Positions 40,888 to 50,459 of a stretch of DNA of 64,000 nucleotides are shown here, one piece after another. The translations under genes were made by a program, and so were the position numbers. Numbering within the stretch: the stretch's first letter is position 1; every line of letters begins with the position of its first letter. The notes beneath the pieces were generated by a model. The model ran no database searches, was not told the DNA's origin, and was given only the letters and a program-made list of their open reading frames with translations. The DNA is taken from positions 32,001 to 96,000 of the IMG/VR virus record IMGVR_UViG_3300028591_000109. The stretch is one strand, 5' to 3'. The DNA comes from a virus (lineage: Duplodnaviria > Caudoviricetes).

Positions 40888-42297
40888 ATGGCTTACGCAT
40901 TATCTGTAGCACAGATCAACTCCGTAAAGGAAGTGATCCATCCTGAGCTTATAGCGCACACCTATCTGCTCACCGACAGCATGTTCAGTGACCTGGGTAT
41001 GATGGTGACTACGGATGTCGAGAACATCGACACCTGTTACCTTTTCAGCCGTAAGGGCCTGCAGGCTCGTCCGTATTTTGTCGGCAATGTGAAAGACAGC
41101 GAGCTTGGTAAGTTCGTTGACAATCCTGCCAAGGTTGAACCTATCTACCTCCACACCAGCGACTCCATTGAGCGATACAAGGAGAAGGGCCCGTTCGACG
41201 CAACCAACGTTGCTGAGAACACTGAGCACACTCAGTTCCTCCTGAACACGCTCTCTGGCAACCTCGCCGAGGACATCCGCGCCAACATTCCTTTCGGAAA
41301 CATGGCCTTCCGCAAGCTGGAGGAAACTCCCGAGAATGCCGTTAAGAAGGGCCTGAGCCTGTTCAACGGTTTCTACACCATCATCGCCATGCGCCGTACC
41401 GACGGTACCATCAGCGAGAAGAACGGCAACCTGATTCCGACCGGCGACATCACCAATCTGGAACCCGACCAGGTTTACGACCTGGCTGTAAACTTCTACG
41501 ACAAGCTGTCGCCTGCCCTGAAGAAGCCCGAGGAGAAGCTCTACTTCATCGTCAGCCCCGAGTTCGGTCGCAAGATGATAAAGGGCTACATGCTGACCTT
41601 CAACCAGCTCGCTCCCACCGTGCTGCAGGCTGGATGGAAGTTCGCCGAGATGCCTAACCTGGTGATTGCCACCAGCGCCGCCCTCGGATCCGGAGGCCAG
41701 ATCATCGCAACGCTTGAAAAGAACATTGAGTTCTTGTGCGACAAGCGCGAGGACCAAGCTCTCATCTCCATCGGCCAGGTGAACAAGGACCTGCGCGTCT
41801 TTGACTTCCAGGCTAACGTCCGCGCCACCGTCCGCATCCGCGACTTCGACCCGCAGGTGTTCGCCGTCAACGACGTGCAGAACGTGGCTCCCAAGATGCC
41901 TGCCGGCGAGTACCTCACCGAGATCTTCACCGCAGTCAGCGAGAACGAGAAGATGGGTACCGTGCAGGTGATGACCGAGAAGGAGCTCTTCCAGGCAGGC
42001 GACCTGATTCAGGTGAAGGCCACGCCGAAGCCGGGCTACATCTTCGTGAACTGGAGCGACGGCGGCACTTCTGAGACGTATAACTTCACCTTCCCCGGTG
42101 GCGTGTACGAGCTGAAGGCCAAGTTCATGTCGGCAACCGAGGCTGCTGAGGAGGAGGAGACTCCCACCTACACAGCCGTAACTAACCCCTCTGGCAACCC
42201 CGCTGAGAAGGGCTGGTATGAGAAGAACGGCGACGTGTACACCCTGACTGAGGACACCGAGGTAGAGTCTGGCAAGACCTACTACGTGAAGGGCTAA
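40888..42297 (+). CDS. major capsid protein with C-terminal Ig-like (InlB B-repeat type) extension
   Basis: Position after the protease, strong codon bias, LFNGF motif; ATPKPGYIFVNWSDG repeat domain. Confidence 0.78.
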   Translation: MAYALSVAQINSVKEVIHPELIAHTYLLTDSMFSDLGMMVTTDVENIDTCYLFSRKGLQARPYFVGNVKDSELGKFVDNPAKVEPIYLHTSDSIERYKEKGPFDATNVAENTEHTQFLLNTLSGNLAEDIRANIPFGNMAFRKLEETPENAVKKGLSLFNGFYTIIAMRRTDGTISEKNGNLIPTGDITNLEPDQVYDLAVNFYDKLSPALKKPEEKLYFIVSPEFGRKMIKGYMLTFNQLAPTVLQAGWKFAEMPNLVIATSAALGSGGQIIATLEKNIEFLCDKREDQALISIGQVNKDLRVFDFQANVRATVRIRDFDPQVFAVNDVQNVAPKMPAGEYLTEIFTAVSENEKMGTVQVMTEKELFQAGDLIQVKATPKPGYIFVNWSDGGTSETYNFTFPGGVYELKAKFMSATEAAEEEETPTYTAVTNPSGNPAEKGWYEKNGDVYTLTEDTEVESGKTYYVKG

Positions 42298-42444
42298 ACG
42301 CATCGGAGGTGCTGCGGCGGCGCGGGTAAGTAGTCATATCGCCGCCCGCGCTGCCGCCCTCTGATTCCCTCTTTATGGCTGCCGTGATACAGCAGCATAC
42401 TGAACAAGAAACAACCAACACAAACACAAAATTTTATAACGATT

Positions 42445-43008
42445 ATGGCATTATCATGTATTCCCAAGAGCGTTCTCAGCAGCACCAGCTGCCAGGAGAA
42501 CCCTTCAGGCGTGAGCAACCACATGTTTGTCGTGCCTCTGGCTAATGTCGGTTCTATCGTGGCTGACGACGCGAAGAACCAGTACAATATCACTCTGCCC
42601 ACTAATCAGGATGCCCTGCAGGGCTACCGCATCGACTACAAGTCGCAGACGGGTCAGGTGACGAGTGAGGACAACGGTACCGGCAAGGGCTGGACCGGAT
42701 CGACCACTGGTCGTGTGGAGATGAGTGAGGACGACATGGCCTTCACCGCTCGCGTGCTGCACAACTCGGACAAGAACCTCTACTTCGTTGCCACTGGCAA
42801 CAAGAAGGCAGGCACAACCGAGGGCACGTTCCTCGACGAGTATATCGTCATCGGCAACGAGAATGGCGAGGCCGAGATTCAGGTGACCTTCGATTCGGGC
42901 ACGGCACGCACCGACGATCATGGACAGACCTTTACGGTTTCCTGCGGTTACATGAAATATCCTGTAACCAAGTGGTACGGTGTCATCAACCAGGCCGATG
43001 CCGCATAA
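42445..43008 (+). CDS. putative major tail (tube) protein
   Basis: CQENPSGV start, beta-rich 187 aa, SG....DDHG motif, highly biased codons. Confidence 0.6.
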   Translation: MALSCIPKSVLSSTSCQENPSGVSNHMFVVPLANVGSIVADDAKNQYNITLPTNQDALQGYRIDYKSQTGQVTSEDNGTGKGWTGSTTGRVEMSEDDMAFTARVLHNSDKNLYFVATGNKKAGTTEGTFLDEYIVIGNENGEAEIQVTFDSGTARTDDHGQTFTVSCGYMKYPVTKWYGVINQADAA

Positions 43009-43039
43009 GCGTCACTGCCTGATTCTCTCACATGCAATG

Positions 43040-43082
43040 CAAGGCTCTGGCTCCTGAACGTGAGCCGGAGCCTTGTCTTTTT
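43040..43082 (+). terminator. rho-independent terminator
   Basis: CAAGGCTCTGGCTC / GAGCCGGAGCCTTG stem plus T tract. Confidence 0.8.
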
Positions 43083-43114
43083 AGTTAAGAGCTAATAGTT
43101 AAGAATTAAGAGTT

Positions 43115-43816
43115 ATGGTTACGAAACTGATAGAACCTTGTTGCGCACAGAAACAACTGCGCGAGCTGCGCAACATACTGGAAAAGGAAGGTACGGCGCA
43201 GATGGAAGGCTATGGCGACCTGAGCCTGACGGAACTGCTGCCTGCCCTGCTTACACGCTACAGCAACGCGGAGATGCTGATAGCCACCCCGTCGCTGCCC
43301 GACCAGGCGGCAGAGATTATCGCCACATGGATGCGGAAACAGTGGGCACGCATGGACGGTTGCGGAAACGTGAACGTGATAGCCCGCCTGACCATCGTCA
43401 GCGACCTGTCGGAGGCGGCATCGCCCGATGCCTCGGCGTGGCTGAAAGACAATCCCTACGGAGAGCGGCTGGTGCTGCATGACATTCAGCAAGACGCGAC
43501 GGCGATACTGCTGCCAGACTTCGCCATCGAGGGACCTGTGAACATGCGCTACGGCAAGCACTTTATTGCCACGGCTTACGGCAAGCGCGAGGACGTGGAT
43601 GGGCTGTGGACGAAGTACAAGGGGATGGTGGAGAATGCACCCAAGGCAGAAGGCGGAAATATGCCTGAAACTGTAGAAACGGAGGAGAACGGTCAGCCCG
43701 CCGATGAAGCGGCGGGCTCTGTGGCTAAAGATACTGCTAAGACACTGCCCGTCGCACCGCCGATGGCGAGACGCGCAGATGGCGACTCTACTAAACGGAT
43801 GCGCTTCAGCCGATAG
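43115..43816 (+). CDS. hypothetical protein (possible degenerate PLD-like fold)
   Basis: 233-aa ORF; no intact HKD motif. Confidence 0.6.
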   Translation: MVTKLIEPCCAQKQLRELRNILEKEGTAQMEGYGDLSLTELLPALLTRYSNAEMLIATPSLPDQAAEIIATWMRKQWARMDGCGNVNVIARLTIVSDLSEAASPDASAWLKDNPYGERLVLHDIQQDATAILLPDFAIEGPVNMRYGKHFIATAYGKREDVDGLWTKYKGMVENAPKAEGGNMPETVETEENGQPADEAAGSVAKDTAKTLPVAPPMARRADGDSTKRMRFSR

Positions 43817-43818
43817 AC

Positions 43819-44322
43819 TCAGACAAGCATCTGAATACCCATCAGGCATTCGATGCGGAACTGCACGGAGGTCTTTGCACCGTCGCGGTCGACGGTGCAG
43901 AGATAGGTGTCTTTGCTGGCTTGCACGAAGGCACGGCTCTGGTCACGGAAGGTGAGAAGCAGATGGCTGGGGGTGCGCTCCAGCGTGAGCAGATGATCAA
44001 GAACGGTCAGCCCGCTGGCATCGCGACTTAGGTCGCGGTCGTCTATCTGACAGTTTACCGTCACCTTATGTAAGCGGCCAGCTGTCTGGTCGCTTTCGTC
44101 GTCTTTGGCCTTGCCTGTCAGTCGCATGATGGGAATGAGTGTGCCGCCAGTGGTGGCGGGCTGCTGGCCGATGGTGATGGCGCGGGTTAGAGTAGGGGAG
44201 AAGGCGGCGACGGCAATGACTGGCTGTAACTGCCAACCAGAGAAGCCGGGATTGAAATCGGTTACGGGGATGGCGGTAATAGCCATGAGGTCGTCTAAGA
44301 CAAATTCTTTGCAGGTGGGCAT
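43819..44322 (-). CDS. putative virion/tail protein
   Basis: Start MPTCKEF just downstream of promoter copy 7. Confidence 0.6.
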   Translation of the reverse strand: MPTCKEFVLDDLMAITAIPVTDFNPGFSGWQLQPVIAVAAFSPTLTRAITIGQQPATTGGTLIPIMRLTGKAKDDESDQTAGRLHKVTVNCQIDDRDLSRDASGLTVLDHLLTLERTPSHLLLTFRDQSRAFVQASKDTYLCTVDRDGAKTSVQFRIECLMGIQMLV

Positions 44323-44336
44323 AGTTTTTTTGCGAC

Positions 44337-44369
44337 AATATCGCAAAACACTGGACGGAAATCAAGGGC
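44337..44369 (-). promoter_or_regulatory. phage-specific promoter motif copy 7
   Basis: GCCCTTGA-N19-GATATT on the minus strand. Confidence 0.7.
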
Positions 44370-44757
44370 AGACGGGACAGAGGATCGGCAGGATGCCGTC
44401 GTAGGCCACCTGACCGAGGTATCCCTGGAGGTAGGCTGCGTCTTCGGTACCGTGGGGTACGTCGTAGTACTGGAGGATAGCGTCCTGCAGGTGGTCGAAC
44501 TCGTGCAGAAGGGAGTTGAGGAACTGCGAGGGGTGAGTGACGTGACCGACAACAAGGACGGACATGCGTGCCCAGGGGACATTAAAAATGAATGCCTTGT
44601 TTGAGTAGTGAATGGTCTGCCAGGCTTTTTCTATCTCCTCCTCGGGACAGGAGAACTCACGGAGGATAGGGCCGAGCTGGACGAAGTCGGCCGGGATGAC
44701 GTCATAATAGGCAAGAATGCCCCAATGACGATCAATGTCTAAGTAATCGCGGGTCAT
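44362..44757 (-). CDS. HExxH-containing hypothetical protein
   Basis: LLHEFDH...E.AAYL.G pattern. Confidence 0.7.
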   Translation of the reverse strand: MTRDYLDIDRHWGILAYYDVIPADFVQLGPILREFSCPEEEIEKAWQTIHYSNKAFIFNVPWARMSVLVVGHVTHPSQFLNSLLHEFDHLQDAILQYYDVPHGTEDAAYLQGYLGQVAYDGILPILCPVCP

Positions 44758-44836
44758 TTTAAGTGAAGAGTGAAAAGTGAAGAGTGAAGAATTTGCTTCC
44801 GCGCTGGGCTGCTGTGTTACAGCATCATACCGAACA

Positions 44837-45247
44837 TTAAATCATGTCTTCCCAGTATGGGAGGTAATGGGGGCCGAGACCACAGAGGTCTGACATCCAA
44901 CGGTCGAAGAGATAGCCTTCGGCCTTGTCTACATCGTCGATGTAGTCTTTGATGGCGAGGGCGTGATGCTTTGCATCAATGATACTGGAGCCGAGCTGGT
45001 CGGACTTTACCATATTGGCGACGAACACATGGTCGTAGAGGACGTTGTTCTTCAGTTCAACGCCGTTGGTTTTCAGAAGGGCGTCAACTTCCTCGCGAGT
45101 CATTGGGGTGATGCGGACGGGCTTGCCGTCGGGGCCGACCTTCATCATGAGGGAGACGGCATAGTCGCAGAGCTTTTTATTGAAGTGTTTACCAAACTGA
45201 GCGAGATACTTTCTAAGCTCCTCTGGAATTATATCGTACTGGTGCAT
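44837..45247 (-). CDS. conserved hypothetical protein of the Gly-rich module
   Basis: YL...G.HF.KKLC.YAVS.M...YD.V.VANM..SD...IDDVD. Confidence 0.75.
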   Translation of the reverse strand: MHQYDIIPEELRKYLAQFGKHFNKKLCDYAVSLMMKVGPDGKPVRITPMTREEVDALLKTNGVELKNNVLYDHVFVANMVKSDQLGSSIIDAKHHALAIKDYIDDVDKAEGYLFDRWMSDLCGLGPHYLPYWEDMI

Positions 45248-45373
45248 ATTCTTTCTTTTTTAGGACTGCGACAATGCCGCAGCATACGGGACATTAGGAT
45301 AATAAAAACGGGCGGGCGGCGGGATTGTCGCGGCAAAGAAACGCCGGGCACCGGCGCCCGCCCAAGGGGAGAA

Positions 45374-45712
45374 TTAGTAACCGCGACGGTCACCGCCGCC
45401 GGTATAGGCGGGGTTCTCGCGGAACGTTGGGCCGTAGCCACCCATAGCCGGGCCGTAGCCACCCATCATGTGCTGAGGATAGCCCTCGCGGTAATTGGTG
45501 CCACCACCGTAGTTACGGTAGCCTACGTTGCCCTGCCATCCCATGCCGTAGCCGCCGCGATAGCGGCCACCGCGCTCCTGAATCTGCTGGAGCTCGGGAA
45601 TGTGCTCGGCTAACTTCTCCCACAGGTCACAGACGTTTTCCTTGGCTGTCTGTGCCAGTTCGACGAGCTCGCGCTTGTCTTGCTCGTCACGAAATTCTAT
45701 TCCGAAAATCAT
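45374..45712 (-). CDS. small protein with G/Y/R-rich low-complexity tail
   Basis: GGRYRGGYG...GGYGPAMGGYGP repeats. Confidence 0.75.
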   Translation of the reverse strand: MIFGIEFRDEQDKRELVELAQTAKENVCDLWEKLAEHIPELQQIQERGGRYRGGYGMGWQGNVGYRNYGGGTNYREGYPQHMMGGYGPAMGGYGPTFRENPAYTGGGDRRGY

Positions 45713-45775
45713 AGTCGTTGCTGTTTTAAAGGGTTATTACTATCCGAGCGGCAGAACCGCACGGCACACAGATCT

Positions 45776-46333
45776 CTACTTGCCCTTCGGCGAGGTGCTG
45801 GAAATCTTCTTGTTAAGATCCTGCATCATGGACATCATGGTGTTCATGGTGTTTACCACGTCGCCCATCTGTCCTTTCAGGTTGGCGATATCCTGCTTCT
45901 GCTCTTCCTCCTCTTTGTAGCGAGGATTGAGCGACATCAGGAACTCTTTGCCTTTCACCATAACCGCATCGTCGTAGGGCCGTTCCTCGATGCGCTTCCT
46001 GGCTTTCTGCATCATGGCATCCACAGCGGGCAGCATGCCTTCAGTCGTGCAACTGATAGTAGTCTGTCCGTTGTTGTACGTGGCTGTCGAAGCTGTCGGA
46101 GAGAGATTGGAGAACGGAACGTCCTCATTACCCATGTGGACAACAATCTCCACAACGGGCTGCATCATGTTCGTGCCGGCATAGATACCGGGCGTTGCAC
46201 CAGGTGTCTGTGTCATGTACATTGGCTTTGGTTCTGGTTTGTTAGCCACCGTTGCAACGGTAAGTTGCGGTTCGGTACCACCTTCCTGAAGAATATAGAT
46301 GGGAGAACCTTGCTTTAGACTTTGGAAATCCAT
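45776..46333 (-). CDS. conserved hypothetical protein of the Gly-rich module
   Basis: MDFQSLKQGSPIYIL start, C-terminal coiled coil. Confidence 0.75.
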   Translation of the reverse strand: MDFQSLKQGSPIYILQEGGTEPQLTVATVANKPEPKPMYMTQTPGATPGIYAGTNMMQPVVEIVVHMGNEDVPFSNLSPTASTATYNNGQTTISCTTEGMLPAVDAMMQKARKRIEERPYDDAVMVKGKEFLMSLNPRYKEEEEQKQDIANLKGQMGDVVNTMNTMMSMMQDLNKKISSTSPKGK

Positions 46334-46393
46334 GTTGTTTTACTTTTTGTGTTGGTTAATAGCAGGCTGCGGTGTTTCCGCAGCCTGCGGAGA

Positions 46394-46738
46394 TTAGACG
46401 ACGGTGCGGCTCATCAGTTGGAGGATGCCATTACCAGCGTCGTTGAAAACAGCGAACACGCCGGTGCCGCCTATCAGCTCAGCCACTGTGACGGGCGTGC
46501 CGTCGAAGAGCGTGAGCTGGCGTGTCTGACCGTTGCGGGTCAGCGTGACGGGCAGCGTGGTCGTAGTACCGGCAGGAATGGCATCGGTGAGACGCACGGT
46601 GAAGTAACCTACGGGCGGCAGCGGACGGCGGTTAAAGCCAAGGGCAATATCTACAGCCGTTGTGCCAACGGTTGTGTTGGTGGACTGCAGGTAAGGTATG
46701 CCGCTCTGGTTCGTCGGAATATTGAAATTACATCCCAT
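46394..46738 (-). CDS. small beta-rich protein
   Basis: 114-aa Thr/Gly/Val-rich ORF. Confidence 0.75.
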   Translation of the reverse strand: MGCNFNIPTNQSGIPYLQSTNTTVGTTAVDIALGFNRRPLPPVGYFTVRLTDAIPAGTTTTLPVTLTRNGQTRQLTLFDGTPVTVAELIGGTGVFAVFNDAGNGILQLMSRTVV

Positions 46739-46754
46739 AGCTCACCTCCTTCCG

Positions 46755-47837
46755 TTAGAAACCGTAGTTGCCACCGTAGCCGCCAAACATACCGTTAGGA
46801 TAGATACCGCCGCTGACGTAGGGCGTAGCGTTGACAGCCACCAGGTTCGGGTACTGCACGCTCACCGTGTTAGGCAGCTTGCACTTGATATCGTCCACTT
46901 CCTTGTTCAGTCCTGCGAGGGCTGCGTTGACAGGTCCGAGGCTCTGTCCGACCACGCTGGCGATGTACTGGTTCTGGTTCAGTTGACTGATTTCACCCTT
47001 CAGGGCGGTGTTCTTGTCGCGCTCAGCCTCCAGTTTGTCCTGCAGCGTCTGGGTCTGCATCTCGGCGAGTTTGCCGAGGATGGCCTGCGTGTTGCGGTTT
47101 GCGCCGTCGGTGAGGGTGTAGGTCTGCTGGCAGGTGGCCAGCTCGTCCTTGCCTGCGTTCAGCGCCATCTGAGTCTGAATGCCGGAGAGTCCGCGCTCCA
47201 CGCCGTTGAAGCCCTGGTTCAGACCCATCTGCACGCCGTTGAAGCCAGTGTTCATGCCCTGCTGCAGCTGAGATGTCTGTTCGGCGATAGCGAACTTATT
47301 ATCGCAGCAGCACTGACAGAGTTGCTGACTCAGGGCAGCGTTGCCGCTCTGTATAGCGTTGATGATCTGCAGCGGGGTCATGCCCTGCTGGGCAGCGATG
47401 CTTGACAGCGAACTCTGGATGAGCTGGATGCCGCTGTTGACGAGGTTGAAGTCCTGGCCAAGCATGGTGCTCAGTGTCTGGGTAGCCGTGCGTGCCTGTT
47501 CACCCTGCGAGGTGACGGCCTGCATGATGAGCTCACGCCCGTTGTCGTTGTTCAACTGGTTGGCAAGGAACCCTACGCCGTTCGCACCGCCCATGCCGCC
47601 GAAGCCGCCGTTGCCATTCCATCCGAACATGCTGGCGAGGATACCCATGGCGAACAGTTCGGTGATGTTGTTCATGTTCATGGCGTTCCAGCCGTAGCCG
47701 CCGCCACCGAACCCGAAGCCACCGAGGCCGCCACTCATGCCCGCGCCGAGCATGAAGGGTACGATACCGTTGGCAAGCGCATTACCATTACCATTCCCGT
47801 TTGAGTCCGGAATGGAAAAAACTTTCATGTCACTCAT
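46755..47837 (-). CDS. Gly/Asn/Gln-rich coiled-coil protein with CCC motif
   Basis: GGFGFGGGG N-terminus, LSQQLCQCCCD, Q-rich heptads; start at MSDMKVF. Confidence 0.8.
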   Translation of the reverse strand: MSDMKVFSIPDSNGNGNGNALANGIVPFMLGAGMSGGLGGFGFGGGGYGWNAMNMNNITELFAMGILASMFGWNGNGGFGGMGGANGVGFLANQLNNDNGRELIMQAVTSQGEQARTATQTLSTMLGQDFNLVNSGIQLIQSSLSSIAAQQGMTPLQIINAIQSGNAALSQQLCQCCCDNKFAIAEQTSQLQQGMNTGFNGVQMGLNQGFNGVERGLSGIQTQMALNAGKDELATCQQTYTLTDGANRNTQAILGKLAEMQTQTLQDKLEAERDKNTALKGEISQLNQNQYIASVVGQSLGPVNAALAGLNKEVDDIKCKLPNTVSVQYPNLVAVNATPYVSGGIYPNGMFGGYGGNYGF

Positions 47838-47909
47838 AATTGTAAAGTGTTTGTGTTGGTTGTGAATAATGTGAATTAACTCGTGGGTTGGCAGAGCCGA
47901 ACCCACGGG

Positions 47910-47917
47910 CAAAGTTA
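47910..47917 (-). promoter_or_regulatory. host-type Bacteroidetes -7 promoter box
   Basis: TAACTTTG (TAnnTTTG) followed by a 5' hairpin, about 70 nt upstream of the Gly-rich gene. Confidence 0.6.
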
Positions 47918-47993
47918 TTCACTAATCACTTGACTATGAAGCAAATGAAAGCATATCACCCGAAGCCTACGGTTCATCCGTGAAGTGGCGGTT

Positions 47994-48233
47994 TCAATGT
48001 CTTCTGTTTACTGACATTTCGAGGTGGTGAAGAATGTTATATACCTGTCTGTCGCTGATGTGATGACGCTCAGCCAGCGTTAGGATTACTGCTTTACGAG
48101 TGACCATTGTCTCAGACAATTTCAGGTAATCGCGATACAAGTCGCAATACTTGTAATCTTCCAATCGAATGCCCGCTTCGTTCATTCGTTGAAGTAGCTC
48201 CCTGTTAAATTCTACTAAATCTATTATTCGCAT
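47994..48233 (-). CDS. small HTH (Mor-like) regulator
   Basis: LAERHHISDRQVYNIL C-terminal HTH. Confidence 0.65.
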   Translation of the reverse strand: MRIIDLVEFNRELLQRMNEAGIRLEDYKYCDLYRDYLKLSETMVTRKAVILTLAERHHISDRQVYNILHHLEMSVNRRH

Positions 48234-48279
48234 GGTGCAAAAATGTTAATGTTTAAAATATTCTTATTACCTTTGCACC

Positions 48280-48420
48280 CGCTTCACTTACATTCCAGAG
48301 AACTATAAATGTCTGCTGGTCGCGAAGAGGGCATATACTCCCTCCAGCCTCGGCTGGCAGACATTTCTGTGTTATGATGTAAGTGAAGCGACGGATTAAC
48401 AGGCTGGTGGGAGTTTTTTT
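48280..48420 (+). ncRNA. candidate ~140-nt structured, pseudoknotted RNA
   Basis: TACCTTTG promoter box at 48268; 14-bp outer stem, inner stem with G-U pairs, loop-tail pairing, T7 tract. Confidence 0.55.
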
Positions 48421-48460
48421 ATTTCCTTTCCGTCCACCACGGAAAGGTCTATCGAGAGGG

Positions 48461-49042
48461 TTATGCTGCGGATGTAACAGCAAGACGTGTAAGCAGCGAG
48501 CCGCTGACGGTCACTGCGCAAATCATTTCCGCAAGGAGCACGCCCTTGCCGTCGTACCATCGGGAGGGATAGATGCGTCCGTTATGAGAGGGCAGCGCGT
48601 CGCAGCCATAGACTGCCGCGAACAGCAGCCACGCCAGCAGCCACCACGGGCTGATGAGCAGCACGCAGGCCTGCGAGAGGATGCCGCCGAGGATGCCGAA
48701 GACGTTGTGTGCGCGACGATTAACGTGGCTGTCGCTGATGGGCATTGCCCCGCACAGCATCAGGCAGGCAAGAGTAGCGAAGGCGAGGATGCGCCAGTCG
48801 TCAGGCATCGCCGAGCTGAGAGGTATGCACGTGAGCAGGCTAACGGCCCAAATCCACACGATCCACAGCCACTGCCAGCCTCTGGGCAGCTCATAGACCA
48901 GCGCGGAGATGCTGTCGGGCAGAGCTGCGTTCAGCCGTTCGGAGTAACTCTCTGAAACATCAGTGTCGCGCCACCGCCTCCAGATGGCAGTCCCCACGTA
49001 GAGGACTGCCAGGAGGATGGAAGCTAATACAAGATACGTCAT
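48461..49042 (-). CDS. multi-pass membrane protein
   Basis: Five to six hydrophobic segments. Confidence 0.75.
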   Translation of the reverse strand: MTYLVLASILLAVLYVGTAIWRRWRDTDVSESYSERLNAALPDSISALVYELPRGWQWLWIVWIWAVSLLTCIPLSSAMPDDWRILAFATLACLMLCGAMPISDSHVNRRAHNVFGILGGILSQACVLLISPWWLLAWLLFAAVYGCDALPSHNGRIYPSRWYDGKGVLLAEMICAVTVSGSLLTRLAVTSAA

Positions 49043-49048
49043 AGGCGG

Positions 49049-49612
49049 TTACTCGGCTTGCTGGTTATCGTTCTGACTCTGCGACGGGAACAGGGCCTCG
49101 TAGGGAGCCCAGTCGATGGCATCCTTCTCCCGCCAGCCTGCGGCCAGCGTCTGGTTGATGTGGGCGACGGCCTTCACGTAGAAGTCCTGAGCGCCGGCCA
49201 TCGTCTCGAAGGTGTGGTAGACGGGCGTGCCGTCCTCCCGCTCGCCCAGCTTGAAGGTGACTGGCAGCGTCGCGCCCCCGGTCTGCACGGCGAGGTCGTA
49301 GGCCGCCTTGAAGTTGAACTGGTTCTCGCTGGAGAGCCACACAGAGACGGACTCCTCTGCGCCTTCGGGAGTCCATACGAAACCGGAGAGGATCTTCTCG
49401 TCGGTGCGGGCGTTGATGTCGGCAAGGATGGCGGCCTTCACGTCGGCAAACGAGATGGTGGCGTGCTGACGCTTGTAGAGGTAGACCTCATACCAGGAGG
49501 CAAGGCCGCCTGCCTGTTCAGGCTGCTGCAGTCCATAACATACGGTGACGCGCGAACCCTCGTCGCGCAGTGGAGCGTAGTCGCTCACGGGTCCTGTGGT
49601 CTTGTTCTTCAT
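49049..49612 (-). CDS. DUF4376-like tail-fibre-associated protein
   Basis: ILSGF.W...VWLS.ENQFN.KAAYDLA...LPVTFK pattern. Confidence 0.65.
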   Translation of the reverse strand: MKNKTTGPVSDYAPLRDEGSRVTVCYGLQQPEQAGGLASWYEVYLYKRQHATISFADVKAAILADINARTDEKILSGFVWTPEGAEESVSVWLSSENQFNFKAAYDLAVQTGGATLPVTFKLGEREDGTPVYHTFETMAGAQDFYVKAVAHINQTLAAGWREKDAIDWAPYEALFPSQSQNDNQQAE

Positions 49613-49699
49613 TGTGATAATTATTTAAATGGGTGAATAATGGTTTTATCGGGATGGCTGCGATGGTATCGCAGCATACTGGACGGAGGGAGATTTCCG

Positions 49700-50338
49700 C
49701 TATGCGGCTCGCTGCATACGGGTCATGTCGGCGTCGAAGTAGCCGATGCGCAGGTACTCGGGACGGAAAAACAGCTCGCGGCGCAGGCGGTAGCTGGCCG
49801 TCTGGCGCAGGATGCCGAGGTAGGAGTTGACCGTGCGCACCACCTTGTCGGGACGGTTGAAGTCCATCTCGCGCAGGTGGCGGCGTATGCGCTGCAGCGA
49901 GGTCAGGTTGCCGTGATCGTCGGGCATCTGGATGGGCACGTCAATGCGCCCGTCCTCCACGTCGCGCCAGTCGAGCACCAGTTCCTTGGGCAGGTACTTG
50001 TCGAACGACTTCTCCTGGAATCCCACGAAGATGTACTCGCCACCAATGTTCTTGGCGAATTTCTTCACTGCCGTGGGCGGAACAATCTCCATGTCGGGGT
50101 GCAGGCGCTTCATCTGCGAGGTGATGACCACGGCCACCAGCCACGCGCTCCACTCGTTGGCGTGCCAGTAGTTTCCGTCGCGCAGCAGGTGAACCACGTT
50201 CCACTTCTCAGGTTCCTTCCTGTCGGCCTCGATGGTTTGGATTTCCTGGTTGGTGAATCCCTTCCGCTCGCCCTGCTGCTTGGGCAGCTGGACTTTGGCA
50301 GACGGTTGGTTCTGTTGTTGTGTCTGTGTTGTTGACAT
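49700..50338 (-). pseudogene. in-frame fusion of DGR MutS-like (MSL) accessory N-terminus and reverse-transcriptase C-terminal remnant
   Basis: VHLLRDGNYWHANEWSAWL (MutS-I-like) joined near 49900 to VNSYLGILRQTASYRLRR (DGR RT thumb); no YxDD core. Confidence 0.7.
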
Positions 50339-50370
50339 ATCTCTATTTGTCTATTATTTTTTCTGTTGGT

Positions 50371-50442
50371 TTCCTTCGTCCGCCCCACTGCTGCTGTGCC
50401 GCGCTGGGGCGCGGCGGTGCAGCAGTGAAGCGCACGAAGGAA
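50371..50442 (-). repeat. long hairpin downstream of DGR target B
   Basis: TTCCTTCGT..CACTGCTGC..GCCGCGC / GCGCGGC..GCAGCAGTG..ACGAAGGAA; identical to 51909-51980. Confidence 0.8.
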
Positions 50443-50459
50443 TGGTTCGGGCGGAAGTA

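Noticed and set aside
40900-42303. 467-aa minus-strand ORF
   Set aside because: Antisense shadow of the strongly biased capsid gene
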